DNA of 59,062 nucleotides, filler included, from 7 parts of 7 records of this genome joined end to end with filler, not necessarily neighbours in it, one strand, 5' to 3'; counted from the whole stretch's first letter, positions 29,106-39,291 are shown. Notes: generated from the letters alone by a model not told the origin. Made by a program: numbers and translations.

Positions 29106-32074
29106 ACGATTTTAATATTATTGAGTATTACAACAAGTACAAATACGGTGACGATGTTTTACGGAAACTAATGAGCTTCCGTGTTAAAAAAATATTATTG
29201 ATCTCAACCGTTTACGATGCTTTTGTTTTTGAAAGAGACGCCCTGTTAGGCGAACAGGTGATTGGCGAATATATGGAATTAAATCTTTCATCTCCACCGG
29301 AGATCGAAGCGGTTCCAACAGGAGAAATAGCCCTAAGGCAAATAAAAACAAATAATTACGACCTAATTATAACCACTTTGCACAGCGGGAAGATCTCACC
29401 ATTTGACGTTTTAAAAGAAGTTCGCGAGACCCAAGAGGATCTACCTGTCGTATTATTGCTTACTTCCATGGCCGACATGAGCGTGGTAGAAGACAGAAAA
29501 TATCCCGAATATGATTTTGACGAAATATTCGTATGGAAGGGTGATGCAAACTTGTTTCTGGCTGTTATTAAATCAATTGAAGATAAAAAGAATGTCGCTT
29601 TTGATACAAAAGTGGGGCTTGTCAGGGTTATCCTGCTTGTAGAAGATTCACCGCATTTCTATTCCATGTTCTTACCATTATTATATGAAGAAGTGGTTAA
29701 GCAAACACAGCATTTGATCATTGAGGAATTAAACGAAAGAGAAAAGCGCCATCGCATGAGAGCACGGCCCAAGGTGCTATTGGCGAAGAATTATGAAGAA
29801 GCGATCGATATATATGAAACCTATAAGAACAATCTTGTAGCCATATTTTCAGATATGAGCTTTCCGAAAAATGGAAAGGATGATAAGGAAGCCGGATTGC
29901 ATTTATTGAATACACTTCAGAAAAAGGGCAGCGATCTGGCAACGTTGATCCTTTCGTCAGAAATTGAAAATGCAGAAAAAGCGAATAAGGCAGATACGGC
30001 TTTTATTCACAAGCACAGTAAACACATGCTGCATCGCCTAAGAAGCTTTATCACGGAAAATCTTGGCTTTGGAGACTTTATATTCAGAGACAAAAAGGGG
30101 AATATTCTTGATAAGGCCGGTTATTTGGCGGAATTTGAAGAAAAACTACAGCATATACCGGAAGAAAGCATCGTTTATCATGCCGAAAAAAATCATTTTT
30201 CAGCATGGTTGATGGCGCGTGGTGAAATTGAACTGTCAAAGAACATTCGAAAGATGAAAATGCGGGATTTTGAGAATCCTGAAGCCATGAGAAAGTATCT
30301 TGCAAAGAAAGTATTAGAAGTTCAAAAGAAAAGAAACATGGGTGAGATCATCAGATTTCACGATTACGCATTGCCCGAGGAAAATGAGATCATATTGCTT
30401 TCCGAGGGGTCGCTTGGCGGCAAGGGGCGTGGTTTGGCGTTCTTAAACACATTATTGACAAGAATGGACCCGGACCAATTATTTGAAGGTGTTCGAATTG
30501 CTTTGCCGAATACTGCTGCCATCGGGATAAGCGAATATGATATATTTATTGAGCAGAACAGGATAGATCAACGAATTCACGAAGGGATGAATGACGAAGA
30601 AATTGACAGCATATTCTTGAGTGGCTATTTATCACAAGATCTTCAAAATAAATTGCGAAAATTATTGAACAGAGTTCACTATCCCCTGGCGGTGCGGTCA
30701 TCATCTTTGCTTGAAGACAGCTACTCTCAACCTTTTGCCGGTATTTACAGAACTTACATGCTGGCAAACAATGATGATGATATTGAACATAGATTAAAGC
30801 AACTTATGGATGCGATAAAATTGATCTATGCCTCTTCATATAGTACAGGTACACAACAATATATTGAGCATATCGGCCACCAATTGGATGAAGAAAAAAT
30901 GGCGGTGATCATACAGGAGATCGTAGGTACAAAAAATGACGATTTCTATTATCCCCATATTAGCGGTGTTGCACAATCATATAATTTTTACCCGATCGAT
31001 AACCAACTGCACAGTGATGGGATGGCCTCTCTCGCCGTGGGATTGGGTAAAACGGTGATCGAAGGTGGCAATGTTTTCAGATTTTGTCCACAACACCCAA
31101 AGGTGTGGTTAATGTCCATGGAAGAAATGCTTTCGGTTGCCCAGCGTGAATTTTATGCGCTTGATCTAAGATCCAATCAAATGGGCCTAATTGGCCAGGA
31201 ATCTGCGACATTGATAAATTTGCCTATTTCAAAAGCTGAAGAACATGGGCGCTTAAAGCACTTGGCGTCGGTATTTGATTATCAAAATAACCGCATGTGG
31301 CCAGGCTTAAATAGGCCCGGTCCTCGAATAATAACCTTTGATAATATTCTAAAATATGGAAAGTATCCCATAAGTCACACGATAAACCAGTTACTTAAAA
31401 TTGGTGAAGCCGCCATGGGAATGCCCGTTGAAATTGAATTTGCCGTTGACCTGGACCGACCTACGAGAAAAGGGAAATATCCGGCCTTTTATTTGTTGCA
31501 AATTCGCCCGCTTGCCGTTTCCTACAGCAATACGACCGTTGATCTGAAAAACCACAAGAAAGAAAATGTATTATTATATACGGAACAAGGGATGGGAAAT
31601 GGTGAAATAAATGATCTTCACGACATTATTTGGTGCCCGCCGGAAAAATTCAATTCCATAGAAACGCTTGATATTCAAATGGAGCTTGATCAAGTAAATA
31701 AGGAAATGAAAGAAAAGGGGACAAATTACATTTTGATCGGTCCCGGGCGTTGGGGCACTCAAGATCGATTCCTTGGGGTACCCATACAATTTGGCCAGAT
31801 CTCACAATCTAAAGTGATCGTGGAGTCGGGGATCAAGGGTTTTGATATTCCGCCTTCACAGGGGACACATTTTTTTCATAATGTTGTGGCCATGAATATT
31901 GGATACTTCTCTGTACCTTATCAAAGCGAAGGCGAAGATTATATTAATTGGGATCTATTGCGGTCGATGAGAAAGACGGGCAAGTGGAAGTATTTTAAAC
32001 ATATTCACAGCTCCAAACCCCTAAAAGTAAGAATGGATGGAAAGACCGGCGAAGCAATAATCTTTATGGATTAA
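29102..32074 (+). CDS. Receiver-like domains fused to a PEP synthase/PPDK N-terminal ATP-grasp domain
   Basis: ILLVEDS REC-like region; GSLGGKGRGL, LAVRSSSLLED, AVIIQE, VEIEFA, LLQIRP; GPGRWG; SQGTHFF. Confidence 0.82.
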   Translation: MNDFNIIEYYNKYKYGDDVLRKLMSFRVKKILLISTVYDAFVFERDALLGEQVIGEYMELNLSSPPEIEAVPTGEIALRQIKTNNYDLIITTLHSGKISPFDVLKEVRETQEDLPVVLLLTSMADMSVVEDRKYPEYDFDEIFVWKGDANLFLAVIKSIEDKKNVAFDTKVGLVRVILLVEDSPHFYSMFLPLLYEEVVKQTQHLIIEELNEREKRHRMRARPKVLLAKNYEEAIDIYETYKNNLVAIFSDMSFPKNGKDDKEAGLHLLNTLQKKGSDLATLILSSEIENAEKANKADTAFIHKHSKHMLHRLRSFITENLGFGDFIFRDKKGNILDKAGYLAEFEEKLQHIPEESIVYHAEKNHFSAWLMARGEIELSKNIRKMKMRDFENPEAMRKYLAKKVLEVQKKRNMGEIIRFHDYALPEENEIILLSEGSLGGKGRGLAFLNTLLTRMDPDQLFEGVRIALPNTAAIGISEYDIFIEQNRIDQRIHEGMNDEEIDSIFLSGYLSQDLQNKLRKLLNRVHYPLAVRSSSLLEDSYSQPFAGIYRTYMLANNDDDIEHRLKQLMDAIKLIYASSYSTGTQQYIEHIGHQLDEEKMAVIIQEIVGTKNDDFYYPHISGVAQSYNFYPIDNQLHSDGMASLAVGLGKTVIEGGNVFRFCPQHPKVWLMSMEEMLSVAQREFYALDLRSNQMGLIGQESATLINLPISKAEEHGRLKHLASVFDYQNNRMWPGLNRPGPRIITFDNILKYGKYPISHTINQLLKIGEAAMGMPVEIEFAVDLDRPTRKGKYPAFYLLQIRPLAVSYSNTTVDLKNHKKENVLLYTEQGMGNGEINDLHDIIWCPPEKFNSIETLDIQMELDQVNKEMKEKGTNYILIGPGRWGTQDRFLGVPIQFGQISQSKVIVESGIKGFDIPPSQGTHFFHNVVAMNIGYFSVPYQSEGEDYINWDLLRSMRKTGKWKYFKHIHSSKPLKVRMDGKTGEAIIFMD

Positions 32075-32153
32075 TTGCCTAATTGAACCAACAATAATAA
32101 ATTCAAACCGTTCTTAAAGAACGAAATAAGCCAAACATCAAGAAAATAGATAT

Positions 32154-32183
32154 AAAAAAAAGACCCTCGAAAACGAGGGTCTC
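32154..32183 (-). terminator. Intrinsic terminator between convergent genes
   Basis: A-run + AGACCCTCG-AAAA-CGAGGGTCT. Confidence 0.8.
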
Positions 32184-32203
32184 AATGTTTATTTATCCGG
32201 TTC

Positions 32204-32356
32204 TTACCAGGATTTGCGAGCAGGACGTTCTGTGCGCGGACGAGCAAGATTAACTTTAAGATTGCGTCCACCCATTTCGGCGCCATTCAATTCATCGATG
32301 GCTTTTTGTCCTTCATCATCATTTTCCATTTCAACAAAACCAAAACCTTTTGAGTT
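32204..32356 (-). CDS. RRM RNA-binding protein, 5'-truncated
   Basis: Manual translation NSKGFGFVEMENDDEGQKAIDELNGAEMGGRNLKVNLARPR (RNP1 motif). Confidence 0.9.
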   Translation of the reverse strand, partial: NSKGFGFVEMENDDEGQKAIDELNGAEMGGRNLKVNLARPRTERPARKSW

Positions 32357-32456
32357 NNNNNNNNNNNNNNNNNNNNNNNNNNNNNNNNNNNNNNNNNNNN
32401 TTAATTAATTAANNNNNNNNNNNNNNNNNNNNNNNNNNNNNNNNNNNNNNNNNNNN
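32357..32456. other. Artificial contig spacer
   Basis: N + TTAATTAATTAA + N. Confidence 0.98.
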
Positions 32457-32458
32457 AC

Positions 32459-32926
32459 GACTTGCTTCAAACGATCCATCACTATAAGACGGGGCTTTTG
32501 TTCAAGTGCCCCTGGGATATTCCCCTGACCATGGAAACCGTTGATTCAGCCGATATAGCGCCCATGCTGGAGGGGCTTTACCTGATTGGCATGGGATGCC
32601 AGATCATGGACGATATGGTGGACTTCATGTCGGATCTCAAGGGGAAGCGGCATAATTACCTGGTCTCCCTGGTGTATTACAGCCCCAACCCGGGTGAAAA
32701 AGACCGGCTCCGGGAGCTGGTGGAAAGGGGAGGGCGACAGCGGCAGACAGCGGCGCTTGTAAAGGATTTTCCGGACAGTCTTGTCAGGGCCTGCGAAACC
32801 GCCCATGACTATCTGGACCGGGGCCTGAATCTGCTGTTCTCCGAGTCCCACCGGTATCTTGTGGAGCCGTCCATCCGGTTTCTGGAAAAACGGATCGGTG
32901 TCGCCCATCTCATGTCTGAATGTTAA
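32459..32926 (+). CDS. Class I isoprenoid synthase-fold protein, 5'-truncated
   Basis: YKTGLLF motif and GMGCQIMDDMVD (DDxxD). Confidence 0.7.
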   Translation, partial: DLLQTIHHYKTGLLFKCPWDIPLTMETVDSADIAPMLEGLYLIGMGCQIMDDMVDFMSDLKGKRHNYLVSLVYYSPNPGEKDRLRELVERGGRQRQTAALVKDFPDSLVRACETAHDYLDRGLNLLFSESHRYLVEPSIRFLEKRIGVAHLMSEC

Positions 32927-33351
32927 AGCCGGGCGATCTCCTTACCGTAGTCCTGGGCCACGGTGATGGCGCCCTCCAGCTTGCTCGATTTGAGCATGAG
33001 GGGGCCGGACGCCATCTTCATCTTGAATATGTGCTCCATGGTGCCGAAGATTTTCTGGGGGGCGTCTGCGCTCCAGCCGTAGGCGCCGAATGCGCCACCA
33101 GGAAGATTTTCAAGTTCCGCCCGCTGGGCCATGAACAAGACCTGCTTCATGGTGGAGATCATGTCCCCGTGGTAGGTGGCGGATCCGAAAGCATAGCCGT
33201 CAAACCCCTTGAGATCCTTTTCCGATTTGATTTCGTTGGCCTTTTTGAGGGTTGCGCCGTGGCCTGAGATCCGTATCCCTTCGGCAATGAGTTCGGCGAT
33301 CTTTTCGGTTTCTCCGGTGCGTGATGCATGGACTATCAAATATTCACCCAT
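32923..33351 (-). CDS. Flavodoxin-domain protein
   Basis: ASRTGETEKIA, GSATYHG, AFGAYGWS. Confidence 0.85.
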   Translation of the reverse strand: MGEYLIVHASRTGETEKIAELIAEGIRISGHGATLKKANEIKSEKDLKGFDGYAFGSATYHGDMISTMKQVLFMAQRAELENLPGGAFGAYGWSADAPQKIFGTMEHIFKMKMASGPLMLKSSKLEGAITVAQDYGKEIARL

Positions 33352-33412
33352 TGATCTTCTCCTTCTCCCTTGGTTGAACAACATGTTGCGGTTGTGTTTA
33401 TGGTTTGATGCT

Positions 33413-34567
33413 TCAGCAGAGAATACTGCTGTCCGCGCCCTCGGCGTTTTCCTGGCCGGTCATGAACAGGGCCTTCTTGAGCACCTTGTGGATGTGGGCC
33501 AGATGGAGCTTCACCCCAAGGCTTCCCCCGCCCACCGCCGCCCGGATGATGTCCCGGCCCAGGAGAACGGCATCGGCCCCCAGGGCCAGCATCTTCAATA
33601 CATCGTATCCGGTCCTGACACCTCCGTCCGCCGTGATGAGCACCCGGCCATCCAGGCGGCGGCTGATTTCCGGCAGCACTTCCGCCACCCCGGGCGTCGA
33701 GTCCAGGACCCGTCCCCCGTGGTTGGAGACGGACACCACCTTGACCCCGGCATCGGCACAGGCCTCGGCATCGTCCGGGTCCATGACGCCCTTGGCGATA
33801 AAGGGCAGGGAAGTGAATGCCACAAGTTCCCGGATATCGGCGGCGCTTTTCCTGAACACGGGCTGGCCGTGTTTTGCCATGATGGTGGAGCCGCATCCGT
33901 CAAGGTCCACGCCCACGGCCGGGCAGCCCGCCTCCTCGGCAAGGGAGATCAGCTTTTTGAGCACCTCCTGGTCCCTTGGCTTGAAGATGGGGATGCCCTG
34001 GCCCTTCTCTTCCTTGAGCACCTTGAGGGCGGGATTGTTTTCCGGGGTGTAGAACCAGGTGTCCCCCCGCCAGCCAATGGTGCCGCCCTCCCTGCTTCCC
34101 CGGACCACGGCCCGGCAGAAATCGACTTCCGAGACCACGTTGTTGTAGCGTTCGATCCCGGCCGTGGAGGAGGCCATCACCGGGAAATCCAGGTCCAGGC
34201 CAAGGAAGCGGGTGCGGGTGTCGGGCTCCGTGTGCTCGCCCACCACCCGGGTCCTGAGGCGGATGGCGGAAAGTGCCTGATGGTTGGCCCGGAAGCTTGC
34301 GCCCTGTCCGGCGCCGCCAAAGCCGATGGGCTTGCCATAGGCCTCCTTCTGGCAGACCTTGTCAAAGTTGCCGTCACAGGAGGGATAGGCCGCGCAGAGG
34401 CCCTTGAGCCGTTTCCGGGCAATGTCCCGGACATCCTCGGGGGTCTGTGGAATGCCCGCTTCCCTGTCCGTGAGCATGATCTTCTCGCCCGAGCAGTTGG
34501 GGCAGTGGTCCGGCTGTTCCTCGGAACTTGTCTCGGTATGGCATAGGGTGCAGTACCATTGGGTCAT
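33413..34567 (-). CDS. FMN-dependent alpha-hydroxy-acid dehydrogenase with N-terminal rubredoxin-like domain
   Basis: WYCTLC...HCPNC N-terminus; PFIAKGV, VSNHGGRVLD, ADGGVRTGYDVLK, LLGR. Confidence 0.87.
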   Translation of the reverse strand: MTQWYCTLCHTETSSEEQPDHCPNCSGEKIMLTDREAGIPQTPEDVRDIARKRLKGLCAAYPSCDGNFDKVCQKEAYGKPIGFGGAGQGASFRANHQALSAIRLRTRVVGEHTEPDTRTRFLGLDLDFPVMASSTAGIERYNNVVSEVDFCRAVVRGSREGGTIGWRGDTWFYTPENNPALKVLKEEKGQGIPIFKPRDQEVLKKLISLAEEAGCPAVGVDLDGCGSTIMAKHGQPVFRKSAADIRELVAFTSLPFIAKGVMDPDDAEACADAGVKVVSVSNHGGRVLDSTPGVAEVLPEISRRLDGRVLITADGGVRTGYDVLKMLALGADAVLLGRDIIRAAVGGGSLGVKLHLAHIHKVLKKALFMTGQENAEGADSSILC

Positions 34568-34590
34568 GGGGTTCTCCTCATATTTTGGGT

Positions 34591-35439
34591 TTATAACAGG
34601 GCCTTTGCAATGGCTTCCCTGTCATAGTCGTGGGATATCAATGGGGGGCCGTCAAGGCGTTTCACCCGGTCGTGGAAGGTGGGGGCCTCCTTTTGAAACA
34701 GGATGCCCAAAGGAATTTTCTCCTCCATTTCCCGGCTGCGTTCCAGGGCCAGGTCCATGTTTGCGGGATCGTGGTCCGTATCTTCCAGGTTATAGGTCCG
34801 CGTCTTGTACCATTGGAAGGTGTTGAGGCGGTTGAAGGACACACAGGGCTGGAGCACATCGATCATGGCAAATCCCCTATGGGCCATGGCCTGGACAATG
34901 AGCCGGGTCAGCTGGGCGGTCTCTCCCGAGAATCCCCGTGCCACAAACCCCGCGCCCAGGGTCAGGGCCAGGGTCAGGGGGCTGATGGGGGATGACATGG
35001 TGCCCTCCGGCTGGATCGGAGTGGCCATGCCCATGGTTGTGGTGGGGGATGCCTGGCCCTTGGTCAGGCCGTAGACCATGTTGTTGTGAACGACCAGGGT
35101 GATGTCGATGTTCCGCCGGATGGCGGACAGGAAGTGGTTGCCCCCTTCGCCGTAGCAGTCCCCGTCCCCGGAGTTGACGATGATGTTGAGATCCCGGTTG
35201 GCGATCTTTGCACCGGTGGCCGCCGGAAGGGCCCGGCCATGGAGGGAGTGGAACAGGTTGCAATGGAGGAAATGGGGGGTCTTTCCCGCCTGGCCGATGC
35301 CCGATACCAGGAGCACCTCACCGGGGGAAAGCCCCTGGTCGGCAAAGGCCTGCTTCATGGCCGAAAGGATGGGAAAGTTGCCGCAGCCCGGGCACCACTT
35401 GTTTTCAAAGTCGTTGTCAAAGATGTCTTTGGTTGCCAT
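34591..35439 (-). CDS. korB: 2-oxoacid:ferredoxin oxidoreductase beta subunit
   Basis: WCPGCGNF, SGIGQ, LHGRA, GDGD, YGLTKGQASPT, QPCVSFN. Confidence 0.92.
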   Translation of the reverse strand: MATKDIFDNDFENKWCPGCGNFPILSAMKQAFADQGLSPGEVLLVSGIGQAGKTPHFLHCNLFHSLHGRALPAATGAKIANRDLNIIVNSGDGDCYGEGGNHFLSAIRRNIDITLVVHNNMVYGLTKGQASPTTTMGMATPIQPEGTMSSPISPLTLALTLGAGFVARGFSGETAQLTRLIVQAMAHRGFAMIDVLQPCVSFNRLNTFQWYKTRTYNLEDTDHDPANMDLALERSREMEEKIPLGILFQKEAPTFHDRVKRLDGPPLISHDYDREAIAKALL

Positions 35440-35441
35440 GG

Positions 35442-37142
35442 TTACGCTATGATCTCCTTTGCTTTGTCCATGATGAAATCGGGGTAAAAGGGGCGGCCGT
35501 CGTACTTGAGGATGGAAAGGACGGGCTTGATTCCCGTCTCCTGGGCAATGAGTTTTCCCAGCTGGGCCGTGGAATTCTGTTCCACCATGATCAGGGTCTT
35601 GTTCTCGACCATGGCTTTTATCCGTTGGCCGTCCATGGGCCAGAGTTCTTCGAAAATTATCCAGCCTAGGTCGAATCCCTGGTTTCGCAACCGTTCCCCC
35701 GCCTCCCGCACCACCCCGCCCGGGCTGCCCCAGCAGACAAGGAGGGTCTTGCTTTCCGGGTGGGCCAGGGAGGGCATTTGCATCTCGGCTTTCATGGCGG
35801 CAAGCTTGGCGTTTCGCTTGTCCATCATCCTGACCCGGATGTCAGGGGCTTCGCTGATATAGCCCGCTTCGTCGTGTTCGTTGCCCAGGGCCCTTACCAG
35901 GGCTTTCCCCGTGCAGGGGAGGGCCCTGGGGGAGACGCCGCTCTCCGTGAACCGATAGCGTTTGTAATTCTCCGGGGCGTCCATTTCCCCCGCGTCCACG
36001 ATGAAGGTCTCGGGCCGGGGGGGCAGTTTCGGAAAGGCGTCCTGGGTCACCCGGGAGGTGGTGAGGTATTGGTCCAGGAGGAGGATCACGGGCACCTGGT
36101 ACTTTTCACTCAGGGTGAACGCCTTTCGGGTCAATTGAAAGGTCGCCCATGGAGATGCGGGGGCGAACACGAATCGCGGAAAATCGTCCTGGGAGGCCTG
36201 GATGCAAAAGAGCAGATCTGCCTGGGCCGTTCGCGTGGCCATGCCCGTGGCGGGCCCGGGCCGCTGGGCGTTGATGATCACCAGGGGGGTCTCGCTGATG
36301 GCCGCTTGGCCCAATGCTTCGGTCATGAGGCAGAAGCCGCCCCCGGAGGTGGCGGTAAGGGATCTTGCCCCGGCAAAGGAGGCGCCCATGGCCATTGTGA
36401 CGGCGGCGATTTCGTCCTCTGCCTGCTCCACCACCAGGGGAAGGGTCTTTGAAAAGGGCACCACATTGGAGATGATGCCGGTGGCAGGGCTCATGGGATA
36501 GAAGGAAAAGAACCGGCAGTCCGAGGCGATGGCCCCGAGGGCTGCGGCCTTTGCCCCTGTCATGAGCAGCCTGCCGTCCTTGCTGCCGCTCCAGTCAAGT
36601 TGCTTGGCAAGGCGGACGTCCCGGGCCGCGTCATATCCTTTTCGGGCAGCTGTGACATTCAGGGATATAATCGTGTCACCCTTTGCCCGGAACCGTTTTG
36701 CCAGAATGCGCTCGAGGAGGGAAAAAGGAGCGCCCATGACGGCCAGGGCCGCTCCCGCGGCCACTGTGTTTGCCGTGATGAGGTTCCCGGCCTCCTTTGC
36801 CAGATCCGCCACCGGAAGATGGAGGGTCGAGGGGCTGGATTTCTCCCCGTCCTTTGAATTGATGATGGAGACAGCCGTGTCCGAGAGGTTGTCCCGGTTC
36901 AGTTCCACGGTTTTTTGGTCGATGGCAACCAGGATATCGATGGGGTTGCCCGGGGCGGTGAGGGGAGTGTCGCTGATTCGCAGGAGATTGAAGTTGTGCC
37001 CCCCCCTGATCCGTGATTCATAGTCATCCACGGAAAAGGTGAACAGGCCTGCGTTATGGCCAACCTCCGCAAGCAGGGTGCCGATGGTCTGGATACCCTG
37101 GCCCGCCTCTCCTCCGATTTTAAGTGTCAGGTCTGTCGTCAT
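35442..37142 (-). CDS. korA: 2-oxoacid:ferredoxin oxidoreductase alpha (gamma-alpha fusion) subunit
   Basis: GGEAGQGI, ESRIRGGH, YPMSPAT, QAEDEIAA, QRPGPATG, KYDGRP. Confidence 0.92.
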   Translation of the reverse strand: MTTDLTLKIGGEAGQGIQTIGTLLAEVGHNAGLFTFSVDDYESRIRGGHNFNLLRISDTPLTAPGNPIDILVAIDQKTVELNRDNLSDTAVSIINSKDGEKSSPSTLHLPVADLAKEAGNLITANTVAAGAALAVMGAPFSLLERILAKRFRAKGDTIISLNVTAARKGYDAARDVRLAKQLDWSGSKDGRLLMTGAKAAALGAIASDCRFFSFYPMSPATGIISNVVPFSKTLPLVVEQAEDEIAAVTMAMGASFAGARSLTATSGGGFCLMTEALGQAAISETPLVIINAQRPGPATGMATRTAQADLLFCIQASQDDFPRFVFAPASPWATFQLTRKAFTLSEKYQVPVILLLDQYLTTSRVTQDAFPKLPPRPETFIVDAGEMDAPENYKRYRFTESGVSPRALPCTGKALVRALGNEHDEAGYISEAPDIRVRMMDKRNAKLAAMKAEMQMPSLAHPESKTLLVCWGSPGGVVREAGERLRNQGFDLGWIIFEELWPMDGQRIKAMVENKTLIMVEQNSTAQLGKLIAQETGIKPVLSILKYDGRPFYPDFIMDKAKEIIA

Positions 37143-37346
37143 CTTTTCTCCTTAGGAAAGTCGTGGTTTAGGGCCACTTGAATCGTTACTGCATTGGATA
37201 ACAGAAAAAGCAATATTCAGGCCATGGCATGGGAGTTTATTGTGAACGTGGAAAAAGCAACGGGGGAGCCATGGCAAAAAAGATATTCCGCCCATGGTAA
37301 CCCATATGGTACGAAATGTGTATGAAATTTGTATACAGATCAACTG

Positions 37347-37363
37347 ATAAAAACTATTTTCAT
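37347..37363. promoter_or_regulatory. Fur-like box in the divergent promoter region
   Basis: ATAAAAACTATTTTCAT resembles the deltaproteobacterial Fur palindrome wTGAAAAtnaTTTTCAw. Confidence 0.4.
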
Positions 37364-37513
37364 TTTTATTATAAATGTGGTTTTGTGTTGTAAGCATCAT
37401 CGCAATCCCACACAGAAAACATGTTGAGTATTATTGTTTCATTTTTAATGATTCCTCTGGAACAGGCAATCCTGGGATTGACCGGGGAACGAACAGCAAA
37501 GGATAAATGGATC

Positions 37514-37780
37514 ATGGAATATGACAGCGCAAAAGTATATTCGTTGAGCACCTGCAGCCACTGCAAGGCCGCAAAGCGCTTTCTGGGGGAGTGCAAGGTG
37601 AAGTACGAATTTGTGGATGTGGACAGCCTGAGCGGGGAAGAACGCAAGGCGATCCTGAAAGATATCAAGGAGCTGAATCCCCGGTGCTCGTTTCCGACCA
37701 TCGTCATTGGAGATACCGTTATCGTGGGATTCCATGAGGATAAAATCAGGGAGGCTTTGGGAATCAGCCATGGAGATTAA
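37514..37780 (+). CDS. Glutaredoxin/NrdH-like redoxin
   Basis: YSLSTCSHC, SFPTIVIG, VGF. Confidence 0.9.
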   Translation: MEYDSAKVYSLSTCSHCKAAKRFLGECKVKYEFVDVDSLSGEERKAILKDIKELNPRCSFPTIVIGDTVIVGFHEDKIREALGISHGD

Positions 37781-38099
37781 GACACTTTACGAGAATTTAC
37801 GGAAGATTCAGGAGCCCAAGGGCTATTTTTTTAACAAGGATCTCGACCTGGTGTTCGAGCTCCTGGAAGCCCTTCTTTTGAATAAGGAGACGCACGGCTA
37901 TATGGCCTGCCCCTGCAGGCTGGCCGCCGGGGACCGGAACCATGACCGGGACATCATCTGTCCCTGTGACTACCGGGAGCCGGATGTCGAAGAGTATGGG
38001 GCCTGCTATTGCGGGCTTTACGTATCCCGGGAACTGAAGGAGGGAAAAAGGAGCGCGGAGTATGTCCCGGAGAGACGGGACCCGGACAGGATCGTTTGA
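37770..38099 (+). CDS. Ferredoxin:thioredoxin (glutaredoxin) reductase catalytic subunit
   Basis: CPCR...ICPC...CYCGLY; overlaps the glutaredoxin gene. Confidence 0.9.
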   Translation: MEIKTLYENLRKIQEPKGYFFNKDLDLVFELLEALLLNKETHGYMACPCRLAAGDRNHDRDIICPCDYREPDVEEYGACYCGLYVSRELKEGKRSAEYVPERRDPDRIV

Positions 38100-38112
38100 T
38101 AAAGGAGGCGTC

Positions 38113-39291
38113 ATGGATGAGTGCATGCCTGTAATCAACACAGGTCTCAGGGGAGTGGAGGTCGCAAGTACCCGGATCAGCCAGGTGGATGCCACGGCTG
38201 GAAAGCTGATCTACCGCGGGCATCTTGTTGCGGATTTCGCCGAAAAGTCATCCTTTGAAGAGGTGGTGTTTCTGCTCTTGTACGAGCGGCTGCCCCTAAA
38301 GGAGGAGCTCGAGGATTTCACCAACAGGCTCAAACAGAAGCGGGGGCTTCCGTCCGGGGCCCTTGATTATTTAAAGCGTATTCCAAAGGACACAAGCCCC
38401 ATGGACGTTATTCAGGCCGGGGTGTCCCTGCTGGTGCCGGCCGATCCCCATGCCGGTGACAACAGCATGGAGGCGGCCCTGGCAAGCGCCGAGTTTCTGG
38501 TGGCGGGGCTTGCCACCCTCATTGCCGCCTGGGAGCGGACAAGAAAGGGGCTGGAACCGGTCGAACCGGCCGGGGATCTCGGCCATGCCGCCAATTTCCT
38601 TTATATGCTCACGGGTGAGCGGCCCGACAGTGAGGTGGCCCGGTTCTTTGACACGGCTCTGATCCTCCATGCGGAGCATTCCTTTAACGCTTCCACCTTT
38701 ACGGCCCGGCAGGTGGCCTCCACCCGGGCCCACATCTATGCGGCCGTGTCCGCGGCCATTGGCTCCCTTTCGGGTGAGCTCCACGGGGGCGCCAATGTCC
38801 GGGTGATGGAGATGCTCAAGTCCATCGGCGCTGTGGAAAATATAGATGATTATGTGGAGAAGACCCTCGATGCCGGGGGGAAACTCATGGGCCTGGGCCA
38901 TGCCGTCTACCAGGTGGATGATCCCCGGGCGGCCATCCTGGCCCCCATGTCAAAGGCCATGGGTGAGATGAAGAAAGAGACCCTCTGGTACGAGCTGTCA
39001 ACCCGCCTGGAACAGGCGGCCAAACAGGCGTTCAAGAAGAAAAAGGGGCGGGATATCTTTGTGAACGTGGATTTCTACAGCGCCTCCCTCTTTTACACCA
39101 TGGGCATTCCCATGGATCTTTTCACCCCGGTGTTCGCCCTTGCCCGGGTGAGCGGCTGGGCCGCCCATGTGATTGAGGAAAAGTTTGCGACCTCGGCCCC
39201 CAAGCCCGTACTGTACCGGCCGGGAGCCGCCTATGTGGGTGATTATTGCGGGCCTGACGAGTGCCCTTATGTTGATCTGGATAACCGATAG
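38113..39291 (+). CDS. Citrate (or methylcitrate) synthase
   Basis: GLRGV, LHAEHSFNASTF, ELHGGAN, GLGHAVY, DDPR, NVDFYS; AAGGAGG RBS. Confidence 0.93.
   Translation: MDECMPVINTGLRGVEVASTRISQVDATAGKLIYRGHLVADFAEKSSFEEVVFLLLYERLPLKEELEDFTNRLKQKRGLPSGALDYLKRIPKDTSPMDVIQAGVSLLVPADPHAGDNSMEAALASAEFLVAGLATLIAAWERTRKGLEPVEPAGDLGHAANFLYMLTGERPDSEVARFFDTALILHAEHSFNASTFTARQVASTRAHIYAAVSAAIGSLSGELHGGANVRVMEMLKSIGAVENIDDYVEKTLDAGGKLMGLGHAVYQVDDPRAAILAPMSKAMGEMKKETLWYELSTRLEQAAKQAFKKKKGRDIFVNVDFYSASLFYTMGIPMDLFTPVFALARVSGWAAHVIEEKFATSAPKPVLYRPGAAYVGDYCGPDECPYVDLDNR

Noticed and set aside
33395-33420. Selenocysteine at the ...ILC-TGA end of the hydroxy-acid dehydrogenase
   Set aside because: The domain is complete, another stop follows within a few codons, and no SECIS-like hairpin is evident
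10207-38099. Two FTR-like genes as parts of one system
   Set aside because: They are on different contigs from an archaeon and a bacterium
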